Source: Phycisphaerae bacterium (lineage in GTDB: Bacteria; Planctomycetota; Phycisphaerae; UBA1845; Fen-1342). Taken from it: a stretch of 64,000 nt of DNA. The notes beneath the pieces were generated by a model that made no database searches, had not been told where the DNA came from, and saw only the letters and a program-made list of their open reading frames with translations. Numbering within the stretch: the stretch's first letter is position 1; each line of letters opens with the position of its first letter. Below, piece by piece: positions 28,029-38,183 of this stretch. The stretch lies in assembly GCA_963666925.2 (NCBI GenBank), contig CAXXTC010000005.1, positions 1-64,000 of the forward strand. The letters are read 5' to 3'. A program made the position numbers and the translations under genes.

Positions 28029-29290
28029 CCAACTTTCTCACGCCGGCGCCGCTGTTCAACCCCATCACGGCGCCGGCGCCTTTATCTGCCACGGAAATCT
28101 TTGCCGGCCCCTTCGGGCTGCTCCTTTTCCTGCCACTGATCCCGCTGGTGTTGCTGCTGGGTCGCCGCTGGCCGCGAGCCACGCTGATCGGCGCCAGCCT
28201 GGTCTGGATGCTGCCCACGCTCCAGCCGTCGGCCACACTGATTCTGCTCGCCTGGCTGGCCGTCGGCATCGGCTGGGTCCTGCTCATCAGCGAACTGCGC
28301 CGGCGCAATCGGCTCTGTCTGCGCAGCGCCCAGACACTCATCTGGATCGGCCTGCACGCGCTGGCCCTGCCACTCTGGCTGCACGCCCAGCAATGTTGGT
28401 ATCCCTCGCGGATGGCCCCGCTGCATAACGCTGGCTTCGCCTATTTCCTGCTGCGGATGGTCGGCTGGGGACTCGAGCGTGTCGCTGACCCGCAAACTCC
28501 GGCCCGTCTGGCCGACACCGCCTGCTGGCTGCTCTACCCGGCCTGCATGCGTCTCGGCCCGGTCGTCCGCCATGCCGACTTCCTCACCCGCCTCGACCAG
28601 TGGCAGCCGACCCGTTCGTCTCAATGGCGCCGCGGCGGCCTCCGCGGGCTCGGTTTTATCGGCGGCGGCCTGCTGCTGGCGATCGTCGGCCGACATATAC
28701 CACTCGCCCCAGCCGTCGGCGCCGACTTCTTCGCCGCCCCGCAGGACTACTCCACCACCCACCTGCTGCGCGCCTTCTACCTGGTGCCAATCCAGATCTA
28801 CCTGCTTCTATGGACCTATAACGAACTGGCCTGCGCTATCGGCTACTGGGTCGGCATCCCGGTCGACAACAATTTCAACTGGCTGCCCCGGGCCACTTCC
28901 GTCCGCGACTTCTGGCGCCGCTGGCACGTCACCGTCGGTGCCTGGCTGCGCGACTACCTCTACATCCCCCTCGGCGGCAACCGCCGGAATTATCATCTGA
29001 ACCTGCTCATTGTTTTCGCCTATTGCGGCCTCTGGCACGGGGCGAGCTGGTCATTCCTCGCCTGGGGGCTCTCGCAGGCGCTCGCGCTCAACGTCCAGCA
29101 TGCCTGGGACCATCTCCGCCGCCGCACCGGGCTGGACCGCATCCTCCGCGGGCCCCTCTGGACAGCCTGCTGCTGGCTGCTCACCATGCACTACCAGCTT
29201 GCGACCGTCCTGATGTTCAGCGACTTCGACCATTGCGGTCTGAGACTGCTGCACGAGCTGGCCCAACGAACACTGACCGCCGGCGCGTAA
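28025..29290 (+). CDS. MBOAT O-acyltransferase (AlgI/DltB/PatA-like)
   Basis: NFN.., DFWRRWHVTVGAWLRDYLYIPLGG, GLWHG. Confidence 0.9.
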   Translation: MTNFLTPAPLFNPITAPAPLSATEIFAGPFGLLLFLPLIPLVLLLGRRWPRATLIGASLVWMLPTLQPSATLILLAWLAVGIGWVLLISELRRRNRLCLRSAQTLIWIGLHALALPLWLHAQQCWYPSRMAPLHNAGFAYFLLRMVGWGLERVADPQTPARLADTACWLLYPACMRLGPVVRHADFLTRLDQWQPTRSSQWRRGGLRGLGFIGGGLLLAIVGRHIPLAPAVGADFFAAPQDYSTTHLLRAFYLVPIQIYLLLWTYNELACAIGYWVGIPVDNNFNWLPRATSVRDFWRRWHVTVGAWLRDYLYIPLGGNRRNYHLNLLIVFAYCGLWHGASWSFLAWGLSQALALNVQHAWDHLRRRTGLDRILRGPLWTACCWLLTMHYQLATVLMFSDFDHCGLRLLHELAQRTLTAGA

Positions 29291-29310
29291 GACCGCCCAA
29301 GGAGACCGCG

Positions 29311-31623
29311 TTGTCCGCATCATCCGACCACTGGCACCTGGAGGAAACCTGCTTCGACCTGCGCAACAACCTCCATTACGAAAGCCTCTTCGCCATCGGC
29401 AGCGGCACGCTTCAGCAACGCGCCTGCTTTGAGGAAGGCCTGCCCGACGACCCGCAGGATCGCGAATACCTGCGCCTCCGCGGACAGCTCTCCAGCTCTC
29501 AGCGACCGCCATTCAAGAGCCGCTATGGCACCTATCTCCCCGGCGTCACCGGCCCACACCCAACCTGCCTCGACGAACTCATCAATCTGCCCGCCCTGCA
29601 CGGGCTGATCATCTACGGCAACGGCGCCCGGCTCGACTTAGAGCACGCAAAAATAAGCGAATACTCCCGCCGACTTGATCTGCGTCATGGCCGACTCCGG
29701 CGCAGCTTCATCTGGGAACTCGCCAGCGGCGCACGCGTGCGCATGTGCTTCGAGCGCTTCATCAGCGCCAAACGACCACACGTGATGGCCCTGCGCTGCA
29801 CGACCACGCACGTTTCCGGGCCACCCGCCGAGCTGCGTCTGCTCGGCCCGCTCGATGCCGAGGTGCGCACCAACGGCTTCGACCACTTCACCAATGTCGA
29901 AACCACCGGCGAACACGAGCCGATCACCATGCGCGTGCGCACCAACGGCGGGATCGAAGTCGCCGCCGCCGCCCTGCTGACCAGCGATTGCGGCGTGCTG
30001 TGGAGCGTCGAGGCGCACGAGCGCTGGGTCGCGACGTGCGGCGGCGTGGTGCTTGACCCGGGGCATACGCTGGAGGTCGACAAGTACGCCGCCATCACGT
30101 CGTCGCTACACTCTGGCGCCAATCCGCTGGATGCCGCCCGCACGCTGGCCTGGGACGCTGCCGCCGTCGGCTTCGACCGTCTGGCCGCCGAGTCCGACGC
30201 CGTCTGGGAAGATCGCTGGCAACACAGCGATATCGAGATCGATAACGATCCGTCGAGCCAACTGGCCATTCGCACCGCGCTGTATCACCTGATGCGCAGC
30301 GCGGTCGAGCAGGGGCCGCCGTGCGGCATCGACGCGCGCGCCGCCAGCAGCGAGCATGATTGCGGCCGATTCGGCTGGGAGAGCGACATTTTCATGTTGC
30401 CGGCGCTGTTGTACACACGCCCCGAGGTCGGCCGGCGATTGGCTCATTTCCGGGCCGATTCGCTGTCGGGCGCTCGGCGCAATGCCCAGCGTTACGGCTA
30501 CGCCGGCGCCCGTTTCGCCTACGAGAGCACACTCGCCGGCGACGAGAACTGCACCGACTGGGCCCGCGCTGATCATGCCGTGCACGTCACCGCCAACGTA
30601 GCCTACGGGCTCTTTCACGCGCACCTCGCCGCCCCGGACGACGTTGACCTGCTGCGCGACACCGCGGCGGTGCTGGTCGAAACGTCGCGTTACTGGTGCG
30701 AACGCATCACCGACGTGCCCGAGCACGACGTGTGCGAACTGCTCCTGACCACCGGGCCGGACGAATATACGCCGCTGTGCCGGAACAACGCCTACACCAA
30801 TCGCCTGGTGGCGTTCGCGTTGTTGATGACACCCTTCGCCGTCCAGAAGCTGGCGCGTGTCGACCAGGCCGCGTGCGACGCGCTGCGCGATCAGCTCCAG
30901 CTTCGCGATGAGGAGCTGGCGCGTTTCAACGAGGTCGCCGGTCGACTGCGGCTGCCCTACCAGGAAGCACGACAGCTCGTGCTGCAATCCGAGGATTTCT
31001 TCACCCGGGCACCGTTCGATTTTGAGCATCACTGGACCAATCGCACCCGGCCGCTGGGCGCCTGCGTCAGCCAGGAGCTGCTCTTCCGCAGCCAGGTGCT
31101 GCATCAGGCCGACGTGCTCCTGCTGATGGCGCTATTGCCGCAGGAGTTCGACCAGCAGCAAATGCAGGCCGCGTATGAAACCTATGCGCCGCTGACCGCC
31201 CACGACACGCCCGCCAGCCGGCCGATTCACGCGTTGATCGCCGCCTGGCTCGGCCGCCCGGACGAGGCGCTGACGCTCTGGCGCGCGGCGGCCGAACGCG
31301 TCATGAACGCACCCGGCGCCCGCGCCGGCTTCCCCGCCGCCTGGGCCGGCGCTGCGTGGCAGACGCTCATCTTCGGCCTGGCCGGCCTGCGCTCGCGAAT
31401 GCAATCGGAATTCCTGCACGTCGATCCACAACTGCCCGCCGACTGGGCCGCCCTGCGCTTCCCATTCGTCTGGAATCGGCAACCCCTGCAATTCACGATC
31501 GATCACGAGCACGTCAGCATCAAGCACGACGGCACGCTGCCAATCCAAGCGATCATCGCCAATCAGCCCGTCACGCTCACACCAGGAACACAGCAGAAAT
31601 TCCCCCTGAAACAGAAACGCTGA
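29311..31623 (+). CDS. glycoside hydrolase family 65-like protein
   Basis: ESLFAIG, LRLLGPLDAEVRTNG, GPDEY, NNAYTN, QADV; AAGGAG before TTG at 29311. Confidence 0.85.
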   Translation: MSASSDHWHLEETCFDLRNNLHYESLFAIGSGTLQQRACFEEGLPDDPQDREYLRLRGQLSSSQRPPFKSRYGTYLPGVTGPHPTCLDELINLPALHGLIIYGNGARLDLEHAKISEYSRRLDLRHGRLRRSFIWELASGARVRMCFERFISAKRPHVMALRCTTTHVSGPPAELRLLGPLDAEVRTNGFDHFTNVETTGEHEPITMRVRTNGGIEVAAAALLTSDCGVLWSVEAHERWVATCGGVVLDPGHTLEVDKYAAITSSLHSGANPLDAARTLAWDAAAVGFDRLAAESDAVWEDRWQHSDIEIDNDPSSQLAIRTALYHLMRSAVEQGPPCGIDARAASSEHDCGRFGWESDIFMLPALLYTRPEVGRRLAHFRADSLSGARRNAQRYGYAGARFAYESTLAGDENCTDWARADHAVHVTANVAYGLFHAHLAAPDDVDLLRDTAAVLVETSRYWCERITDVPEHDVCELLLTTGPDEYTPLCRNNAYTNRLVAFALLMTPFAVQKLARVDQAACDALRDQLQLRDEELARFNEVAGRLRLPYQEARQLVLQSEDFFTRAPFDFEHHWTNRTRPLGACVSQELLFRSQVLHQADVLLLMALLPQEFDQQQMQAAYETYAPLTAHDTPASRPIHALIAAWLGRPDEALTLWRAAAERVMNAPGARAGFPAAWAGAAWQTLIFGLAGLRSRMQSEFLHVDPQLPADWAALRFPFVWNRQPLQFTIDHEHVSIKHDGTLPIQAIIANQPVTLTPGTQQKFPLKQKR

Positions 31624-31659
31624 GACGTCCCCCAGCGACCGCGTGCGGCCACCGCGGCG

Positions 31660-32691
31660 TTACTGGCCGCCGAGCGAAGTGTTCGGCACCGGCTCTTCCA
31701 ACGTCAACATCGGCTGCTCGATCTTCGGCCGATATTTGTCAACCAGACTACGCAGCTTGGTCTGCTCTGGATTGAGCTCCAGGCTGGCATGCCAGGCCTC
31801 AATAGCACCATCACGCAATTCGGGTTTTTCCGGCGCTTCCAGGTATTGCGTCATCAACACCACGCCCAAGCCGGCGTGCGCCGCCGCGTTTTTCGGGTCC
31901 AGCTCGATCGCCCGGCGATACTTCTCCAGCGCCGCGTCGTACGCCTCGCGCCGCCAGAGACAATACCCCAGCCGCTCGTACGCAACCGACAGGTTCGGGT
32001 CCAGGTTGATCGCAACGTTCAGCGCACGATGGGCCGTCTCCCAGCGCTGCTGGTTGATATACACCGTCGCCAGGTTCACCAGCACGATCGGCTGGCCGGC
32101 GTCACATTCGAGCGATTCCTTGTAGGCCTTGATGGCTTCGTAGTGCTTGCCCTGCGCAGCCAGTGCCGCCCCCAGGTTGCTGCGAACCCGCGCATCGGAC
32201 GGGTCCAGCCGAATCGCCTCTTCATAGGCCGCCACCGCCTGCGGCAACTCGCCACTGCGGTGATAACAGGTACCCAGCTCGAAGCGCAACGTGAAGTTGT
32301 CCGGATCCAGCTCGCACGCCATCACGTACGCCCGAATCGCCTGCGTCAAGCGGTCCAGCAGCCGATAGACCTCGGCCAGCGCCGCCAGCGGCTCCACCTG
32401 CGTCGGATCGAGCTTAACCGCTTCCTGAAGCGAGTCGGCCGCCGCCGTCAGGTTGCCCTGCTCCTTGTACACCAGCCCCAATTTGCAATGTGCGTCTGCG
32501 TAGTGCGGGTCGAGCTTCACCGCTTCACGAAACTCGGCCAGCGCCGCGTCCAGCCGATGCTCCTGGAGAGCCCGCTCCCCGTCCGAGACACGCGCCGTCG
32601 CCAAATGCCGGCCTAGCGTACACCCACCGACCGCGCAGCCGACCAACACCAACGCCGCACCGGCGAGCAGAGATTTGTGTGACTGGAACAC
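31660..32691 (-). CDS. tetratricopeptide-repeat lipoprotein
   Basis: signal peptide with Cys; many A..LDP TPR units. Confidence 0.85.
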   Translation of the reverse strand: MFQSHKSLLAGAALVLVGCAVGGCTLGRHLATARVSDGERALQEHRLDAALAEFREAVKLDPHYADAHCKLGLVYKEQGNLTAAADSLQEAVKLDPTQVEPLAALAEVYRLLDRLTQAIRAYVMACELDPDNFTLRFELGTCYHRSGELPQAVAAYEEAIRLDPSDARVRSNLGAALAAQGKHYEAIKAYKESLECDAGQPIVLVNLATVYINQQRWETAHRALNVAINLDPNLSVAYERLGYCLWRREAYDAALEKYRRAIELDPKNAAAHAGLGVVLMTQYLEAPEKPELRDGAIEAWHASLELNPEQTKLRSLVDKYRPKIEQPMLTLEEPVPNTSLGGQ

Positions 32692-32735
32692 GGCTACTCC
32701 CGTCGTTGTCGGCCCCGGCCAGCATCGTCGCGAAC

Positions 32736-32788
32736 TGTGGCACTGGTTTGCAACCAGTGGAAATCACCGGCTGGAAACCGGTGCCACA
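32736..32788. repeat. REP-like palindrome doublet
   Basis: TGTGGCACTGGTTTGCAACCAGTG plus inverted CACCGGCTGGAAACCGGTGCCACA. Confidence 0.8.
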
Positions 32789-32877
32789 AGAGTCCAGGAA
32801 CAACTTCTACCATTTCGCGACCACGGCCGTCAATGCGCCACGCACCCCAGCGCCCGGCACTTCGCCGCGTTGCTCTG

Positions 32878-35430
32878 TTATCGGCCGTCGCCGGTCGCCG
32901 GCTGGCTCGGGTTGCGGTCAGCCTGACGCGTGAACTGTTCCACGTAGCTCTGCGCCAACAGCCGCACCAGCTCATCTTCGTCCGATTCAGCCAGCTCACC
33001 CGCCCGGGCCGCGAACGACGCCCCCTGCCGAGCCAACACGCGCACCGCGAACATCCGCACCAGCCAATGGGGATGATCCAGACACCCGCGCACCGTCGCC
33101 AGCATCCGGCCATCCAAACCCACCAGTTGCAGCGCCTCGAGCGTCCACACGCGCGTTTCCCAATCCTCACTTTCCAGGCCGCTGACCAGCGCCGCGCTGA
33201 TGCGGTCCGTCGGCACCGCATCCGGCTTGTAATTCAGCCGATTCAGCCGGGCCCGCTGATACTCACCCAGCAACTCGGCCAGCACCTCCAGCGCCCGCCA
33301 GCGATTGCGCTGCGAATCGCCCGACACCGCTGCCAGTAACACGCGCAGCGCCTCCGGGCTGGTGTGCGCCGGCAATCGATTAAAATACGACGTTTCGAGC
33401 ACCTGCCCGCCCGGGCCACACTGCCACTGCCCCGCCGCGTCCAGTTGCGGATCGAGCAACGCGTTCAGCGTGACGCGCTGCATCTGCTGCGGCGTCTGAC
33501 GCGCGACCTGCCGCAGCGGCCCAACGTCGAGCGTCTGCTCCAGCTCAATAGTCTGGCCGGGGTACAGCGCGTGAGCCTGATCGAGCGTTATCGTCAGCAG
33601 GTTCGGAAACGCGCGTTTTCGATCCCCTTCCAATTCAAACGACAGCAGGAACGTCGGATTGACCATCGCGTCGGTGCCGAGTGTTATCGGAACCGCCCCG
33701 CGATTGGTCAGCGTAAATGTCGCCCGCCAAGGCTGCCCGGGCCGAAGACTCTTGTCGTGCAGATCGATCCGCGCTTCGAGCAACCGCGCGGCAAACTCGT
33801 CAAAGTGCAGCACCGCCGGCGTAAACCCGGTGAGTACAGCAATCAGGTTGGCTTGTTCGTCCGTAGCGGGCTGGCTTGTCGCCGGTTGTGTCGGCGCAGG
33901 CAGGGCCGTCACATTCAGCATCGCCGCGGGCGACGATGACTGCGTTGCGGGCCCGCTGGCCGGTGCACTGGCAGGTGCCGAAGCCGGCTGCGTCGCCGGG
34001 CTGGTCAAGTTCAACGTTTGCAGCAATTCGTGTGCCGGGCCGGCCACCGGCACCGGATGCAGCGCGGCCACGACCTTTCGCGCCGCTTCCAGGTCTCCCG
34101 TATCGCGCAGGATGGCGGCCGCCATGTAGTTTGCGAAGGGTTCTCGATCCACCAACGGCAGCAAGACCATCAGAGCCGAGTTGTAGTCCCCCAGCGCGGC
34201 ATACGCCCACCCCAGCACGCGCTGCACAAAAACATCCTGCGGCGCCCGCTTGCCAGCAGCCTGCGCCAACATCAGGCCACGCTGGGGCTGTGTCTCGATC
34301 GTCGTGTAGAACCACGCCGCCTGTGCAATCTCGTTTACAGGATAATCCGCCGGCTCGCGAATTGACGCAAACCGCTCCGATAACTGCTCGCCAATGTGTC
34401 GCGCGCGGGCCTTTTGATCCCCACGTACGTACAGGTAGTGCAACTGGATCCCCGCCTCGGCCGCGCACAGCGGATCGAGTTCTACCACCTCGCGCGTCAG
34501 CTCGACGGCCTCCTCCCACCGGCCCAGCACGTATCGATTCCGGGCAGCGTCCAGCAGAAAACTCCCCGGCAATGCCCCGATAACTCGCCGCCGACGCAAC
34601 TCCAGCACGTGGTCAAAGTACACGGACGCGTCCATCGGCAGCCCCCAATCGTGCAGGATCAGCGCCGCACGCCACGCCGCATCCACATCACGAGGCTGCA
34701 AACGCAACACGTCCAGCATGCTGTGCAACTGCTCCGCCGGCGGCGCATCCGCCGGCATGACCTCGGCACACAGCCGCGCTGCCGGTATGCACTCACCATC
34801 CAGCCGCAGCGCCGTCCGGGCCTGCTCCAGCGCTCCGGCCGGGTCCATCTGCTCCAGCGCGAGCTGCGCCAGGTGAACATGCACCAGCGCCCGCAACGGG
34901 GCCGGCCGCTGCGTGGCGGCGATCGATTCCAGCCACGCCTGGCGAGCCTCCACCGTGCGCTGCGCCTCCAGGCCAGCCTCCAGCCAGCGGGCAAACGCGC
35001 CGTAGTGCGTAGGCGCGACATTCAGCAAGCCGCTCACCATCCGGGCCGCCTCTTCGCGCTCGCCGCTCAGTGTTGCCAGCTCATACAGCCATGCCCGGGC
35101 ATCGACCTGCTCCGGGTCCAGACGCACAGCCGCCTTGAGCAGGGCCCGCACCCGGTCAACGTCGGCCCGATCCTGCTGGCCCTGCTGGCACAAGGCATGG
35201 TCACGGGCCAGGTCAACCAGCAATTCGGCCGTCGTCTGCGGGCGCACACCCTCCGCCTGCAATCCCATCCCGCTCGCCAGCACCACGACCAGGCCGATCG
35301 CAATCGGCATTCCAAGCGGTCCTCGTCCAGGCATACGCATCTCCGGATATTGATAAGGCAGTGCACATGATAACCCGGTCGTGGTCAAGTGGGTGGGGCG
35401 CCGGACCCTGGTGCCAGTCTTGTCCGCCAC
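32878..35430 (-). CDS. TPR and HEAT-repeat protein, probably exported; true start probably downstream of 35430
   Basis: TPR-like helices, ATQPASAP linker, C-terminal LDHPHWLVRMFA HEAT repeats. Confidence 0.75.
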   Translation of the reverse strand: MADKTGTRVRRPTHLTTTGLSCALPYQYPEMRMPGRGPLGMPIAIGLVVVLASGMGLQAEGVRPQTTAELLVDLARDHALCQQGQQDRADVDRVRALLKAAVRLDPEQVDARAWLYELATLSGEREEAARMVSGLLNVAPTHYGAFARWLEAGLEAQRTVEARQAWLESIAATQRPAPLRALVHVHLAQLALEQMDPAGALEQARTALRLDGECIPAARLCAEVMPADAPPAEQLHSMLDVLRLQPRDVDAAWRAALILHDWGLPMDASVYFDHVLELRRRRVIGALPGSFLLDAARNRYVLGRWEEAVELTREVVELDPLCAAEAGIQLHYLYVRGDQKARARHIGEQLSERFASIREPADYPVNEIAQAAWFYTTIETQPQRGLMLAQAAGKRAPQDVFVQRVLGWAYAALGDYNSALMVLLPLVDREPFANYMAAAILRDTGDLEAARKVVAALHPVPVAGPAHELLQTLNLTSPATQPASAPASAPASGPATQSSSPAAMLNVTALPAPTQPATSQPATDEQANLIAVLTGFTPAVLHFDEFAARLLEARIDLHDKSLRPGQPWRATFTLTNRGAVPITLGTDAMVNPTFLLSFELEGDRKRAFPNLLTITLDQAHALYPGQTIELEQTLDVGPLRQVARQTPQQMQRVTLNALLDPQLDAAGQWQCGPGGQVLETSYFNRLPAHTSPEALRVLLAAVSGDSQRNRWRALEVLAELLGEYQRARLNRLNYKPDAVPTDRISAALVSGLESEDWETRVWTLEALQLVGLDGRMLATVRGCLDHPHWLVRMFAVRVLARQGASFAARAGELAESDEDELVRLLAQSYVEQFTRQADRNPSQPATGDGR

Positions 35431-35606
35431 CTCTTTAGCCGTGGTTTGGTTTGACTTCTGGCTACGACGGGTCCTAGAACTTCATGAGGGTATTCGCTCA
35501 CCTGCCGATCGGTTGGTTTCGGGCCGCATTAATGTCTACGGCTAACGCACCGGTTCGCCAAACCCTCCACGTGTATCCGTAATTCCAGTTACATCAGGAG
35601 CTTAAG

Positions 35607-36170
35607 ATGCGCACAACGGTACTGACAATAGCGTTGGCCCTGCTGGCAATGTCCGCGGCGGCCGAACAGTTGACCTTCATCCACGAGGGCAGCGGTAGCG
35701 GCACACTGGACGGCAGCACCTTCCCCGCCTCCGCATTCGTCATCACCGCGGTCGTGGACACCGACGACCGAACCTCGTTCACCAACGGCTGGTCGATAGG
35801 TCACCTCTCAGCTTCGATCACCATCGACGGGTTGGGCACATTCGACTTCATCAGTGCAACCCGTACCTTCGTCAACAACGGTGGCCAAATCGTTGGCTTC
35901 TCACGCAATGGCATCAGCGGGATGGATTTGTTCGACGGCCCTGAGAACACCGCCTTTGCGGACTGGGATATGCTCAGCCCCATCGGCCCGATCAGCGGTG
36001 ATGGCTACCTGATGCAATGGGATGATAGCCCGCAGATCAATACGTCTGGGGGCAGCCTGTTCTTCAACGAAGAATCCTCAGACGCAACCTTCACGGCAAT
36101 CCCCGAGCCCGCGACGATCGCGTTGCTGCTCGCCAGCACTGTCATCGAGCTAATCCGGCGCCGCCCGTAA
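35607..36170 (+). CDS. PEP-CTERM exosortase-target protein
   Basis: signal peptide; C-terminal IPEPATIALLL..RRRP; AGGAG RBS. Confidence 0.85.
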   Translation: MRTTVLTIALALLAMSAAAEQLTFIHEGSGSGTLDGSTFPASAFVITAVVDTDDRTSFTNGWSIGHLSASITIDGLGTFDFISATRTFVNNGGQIVGFSRNGISGMDLFDGPENTAFADWDMLSPIGPISGDGYLMQWDDSPQINTSGGSLFFNEESSDATFTAIPEPATIALLLASTVIELIRRRP

Positions 36171-36284
36171 GCACCAACCCATCTCAGCACGATCACCCGG
36201 ACGCCCCATCCCGTTGCGTAGCACGGGGCGGGGGACTCACCATCCCGCCTTCCCCAAACACGCGCCGAGCACGTCAAACCCACG

Positions 36285-36617
36285 CTACTCCGGTGCCGGC
36301 TCCAACACCGCCGTCATCGAGCCCGCGCTGCGTTCCAGGCGCCAGTCAGGCCCATAGGCGTGGATCTGCTCCTGCTTGAATTCCGCCCGTTCGAAGACCG
36401 TCGTCTCCACGATCACCCGCCCGGTGTTGTCCACCTCGCAGGCCATCCGGAAGGACCTCTCCAAACTGTGCCCGAACACCCGCCGCAGCATCTCGATCAC
36501 ATAGTCGTACGTATGATCGTCGTCGTCGATCAGCACCACATGCCACAGCGGCGCGGTCTTCGGCTTGGCCGCCGCCACCTCCGGAATAGCCACTGCCTGC
36601 TGCCCAGTATCCATCAT
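36285..36617 (-). CDS. clpS: ATP-dependent Clp protease adaptor ClpS
   Basis: WHVVLIDDDDHTYDYVIEML..VDNTGR. Confidence 0.9.
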   Translation of the reverse strand: MMDTGQQAVAIPEVAAAKPKTAPLWHVVLIDDDDHTYDYVIEMLRRVFGHSLERSFRMACEVDNTGRVIVETTVFERAEFKQEQIHAYGPDWRLERSAGSMTAVLEPAPE

Positions 36618-36781
36618 CGCGAGCCCTCTTTACCGGCAGCATAGCCCGCCCAACCGCCGATCGGTAGCATAATCTCGCGCTGCCCGGGGCCGCCCCTGTG
36701 GTATACTGCGGGGTCTGGCGCTGCGGCACGCAGGCCGCCAGGACTCGGCATCAGTGCTCGCCTTCGAGCAGGAGCAGGACC

Positions 36782-38050
36782 ATGAGCAGCGGGTCTAAAC
36801 CCGACGCACCAAACGCCTTCAGCCCCATCGATGAGATCCTAGACGAGCTTCGCCAGGGCAATTTGATCATCCTGGTCGACGACGAGGGCCGCGAGAATGA
36901 GGGCGACCTGGTCTGTCCGGCCCAGGCAATCACGCCTGAGAAGGTCAATTTCATGCTCACGCACGGGCGTGGCACGCTCTGTGTCGCGCTCACGGAAGCC
37001 CGCTGCCGCCGACTCAACCTGCACCCTCAGGTCCCGCTGAACACCACCCGTCTGGGCACCAATTTCACCGTAACGGTCGACGCCGGCGCCCATCTCGGCA
37101 CAACCACGGGCGTGTCCACGCACGACCGCGCCACGACCATTCGCCACCTAGTGGCCGAAGAGGCCGTCCCCGAGGATTTCGTCCGGCCCGGGCACGTCAA
37201 CCCGCTCACCGCGCGCGAAGGCGGCGTGCTCGTCCGCGGCGGGCAAACCGAGGGCTCGGTCGACCTCTGTCGACTCGCCGAGCTGCTCCCCGGCGCCGCC
37301 CTGATCGAAATCCTCAACGAGGACGGCACCATGGCCCGCGTGCCGCAGCTCATCGAGTTCTGCCGCACGCACAACCTCAAGATGTGCACCAACGCCGACC
37401 TGATCGAGTATCGCATGCAGCGCGAACGCCTCGTCGAACGCGTCGCCACCGTCCCGCTGCAAAACGAGTTCGGCGACTGGCTGCTGGTCGCTTTCCGCTC
37501 ACAGGCCGACCACCACACGCACGTCGCCCTCTGCCGCGGCGGCGTCGGCGAGCTCGATTCCTCCGGCGTCGTCAAACGCTGCGACCAGCCCGCCCTCGTC
37601 CGCGTCCACTCCGAATGTCTCACCGGCGACGTCTTCGGCTCAATGCGCTGCGAGTGCGGCGAGCAGCTCCGCGCTTCCATGGAAAGGATCGCCCGCGAAG
37701 GATGCGGTGCCGTCGTCTACCTGCGTCAGGAAGGCCGCGGGATCGGCCTCGAAAACAAACTCCACGCCTACCAGCTCCAGGACGGCGGCCGCGATACGGC
37801 CGAAGCTAACGAAGTCCTCGGCTTCCGCATCGACCACCGCGACTACGGCATCGGCGCCCAGATCCTCCGCGACATCGGCCTGTCACGGGTTCGCATCCTC
37901 ACCAACAACCCCAAGAAGGTCAGCCGGCTGAACGTCTACGGCCTAGAAGTGGTCGAGCAGCTCCCGCTCGAAATGCCCTGCACCGAGCACAACCGCCGCT
38001 ACCTCGAAACCAAGAAGTACAAGCTCGGCCACGACCTGCGCAACGTCTGA
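36782..38050 (+). CDS. ribBA: bifunctional DHBP synthase/GTP cyclohydrolase II
   Basis: DDEGRENEGD, RVHSECLTGDVFGSMRCECG, QEGRGIGL, LTNNP. Confidence 0.95.
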   Translation: MSSGSKPDAPNAFSPIDEILDELRQGNLIILVDDEGRENEGDLVCPAQAITPEKVNFMLTHGRGTLCVALTEARCRRLNLHPQVPLNTTRLGTNFTVTVDAGAHLGTTTGVSTHDRATTIRHLVAEEAVPEDFVRPGHVNPLTAREGGVLVRGGQTEGSVDLCRLAELLPGAALIEILNEDGTMARVPQLIEFCRTHNLKMCTNADLIEYRMQRERLVERVATVPLQNEFGDWLLVAFRSQADHHTHVALCRGGVGELDSSGVVKRCDQPALVRVHSECLTGDVFGSMRCECGEQLRASMERIAREGCGAVVYLRQEGRGIGLENKLHAYQLQDGGRDTAEANEVLGFRIDHRDYGIGAQILRDIGLSRVRILTNNPKKVSRLNVYGLEVVEQLPLEMPCTEHNRRYLETKKYKLGHDLRNV

Positions 38051-38106
38051 CCCCCATACCCCACACTTCGTCGCAATCGAGCCCCGGCGAAGCTATCCAA
38101 GAATCC

Positions 38107-38163
38107 CTGTGGCACCGTTTATTAACCGATGGGTCGTGCCGGCCACGAAACCCCGTGCCACAG
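38107..38163. repeat. degenerate REP-like inverted repeat between convergent genes
   Basis: CTGTGGCAC ... GTGCCACAG, the same ends as the 32736 element. Confidence 0.5.
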
Positions 38164-38183
38164 CGTGGAAATGGGGTCCATTG

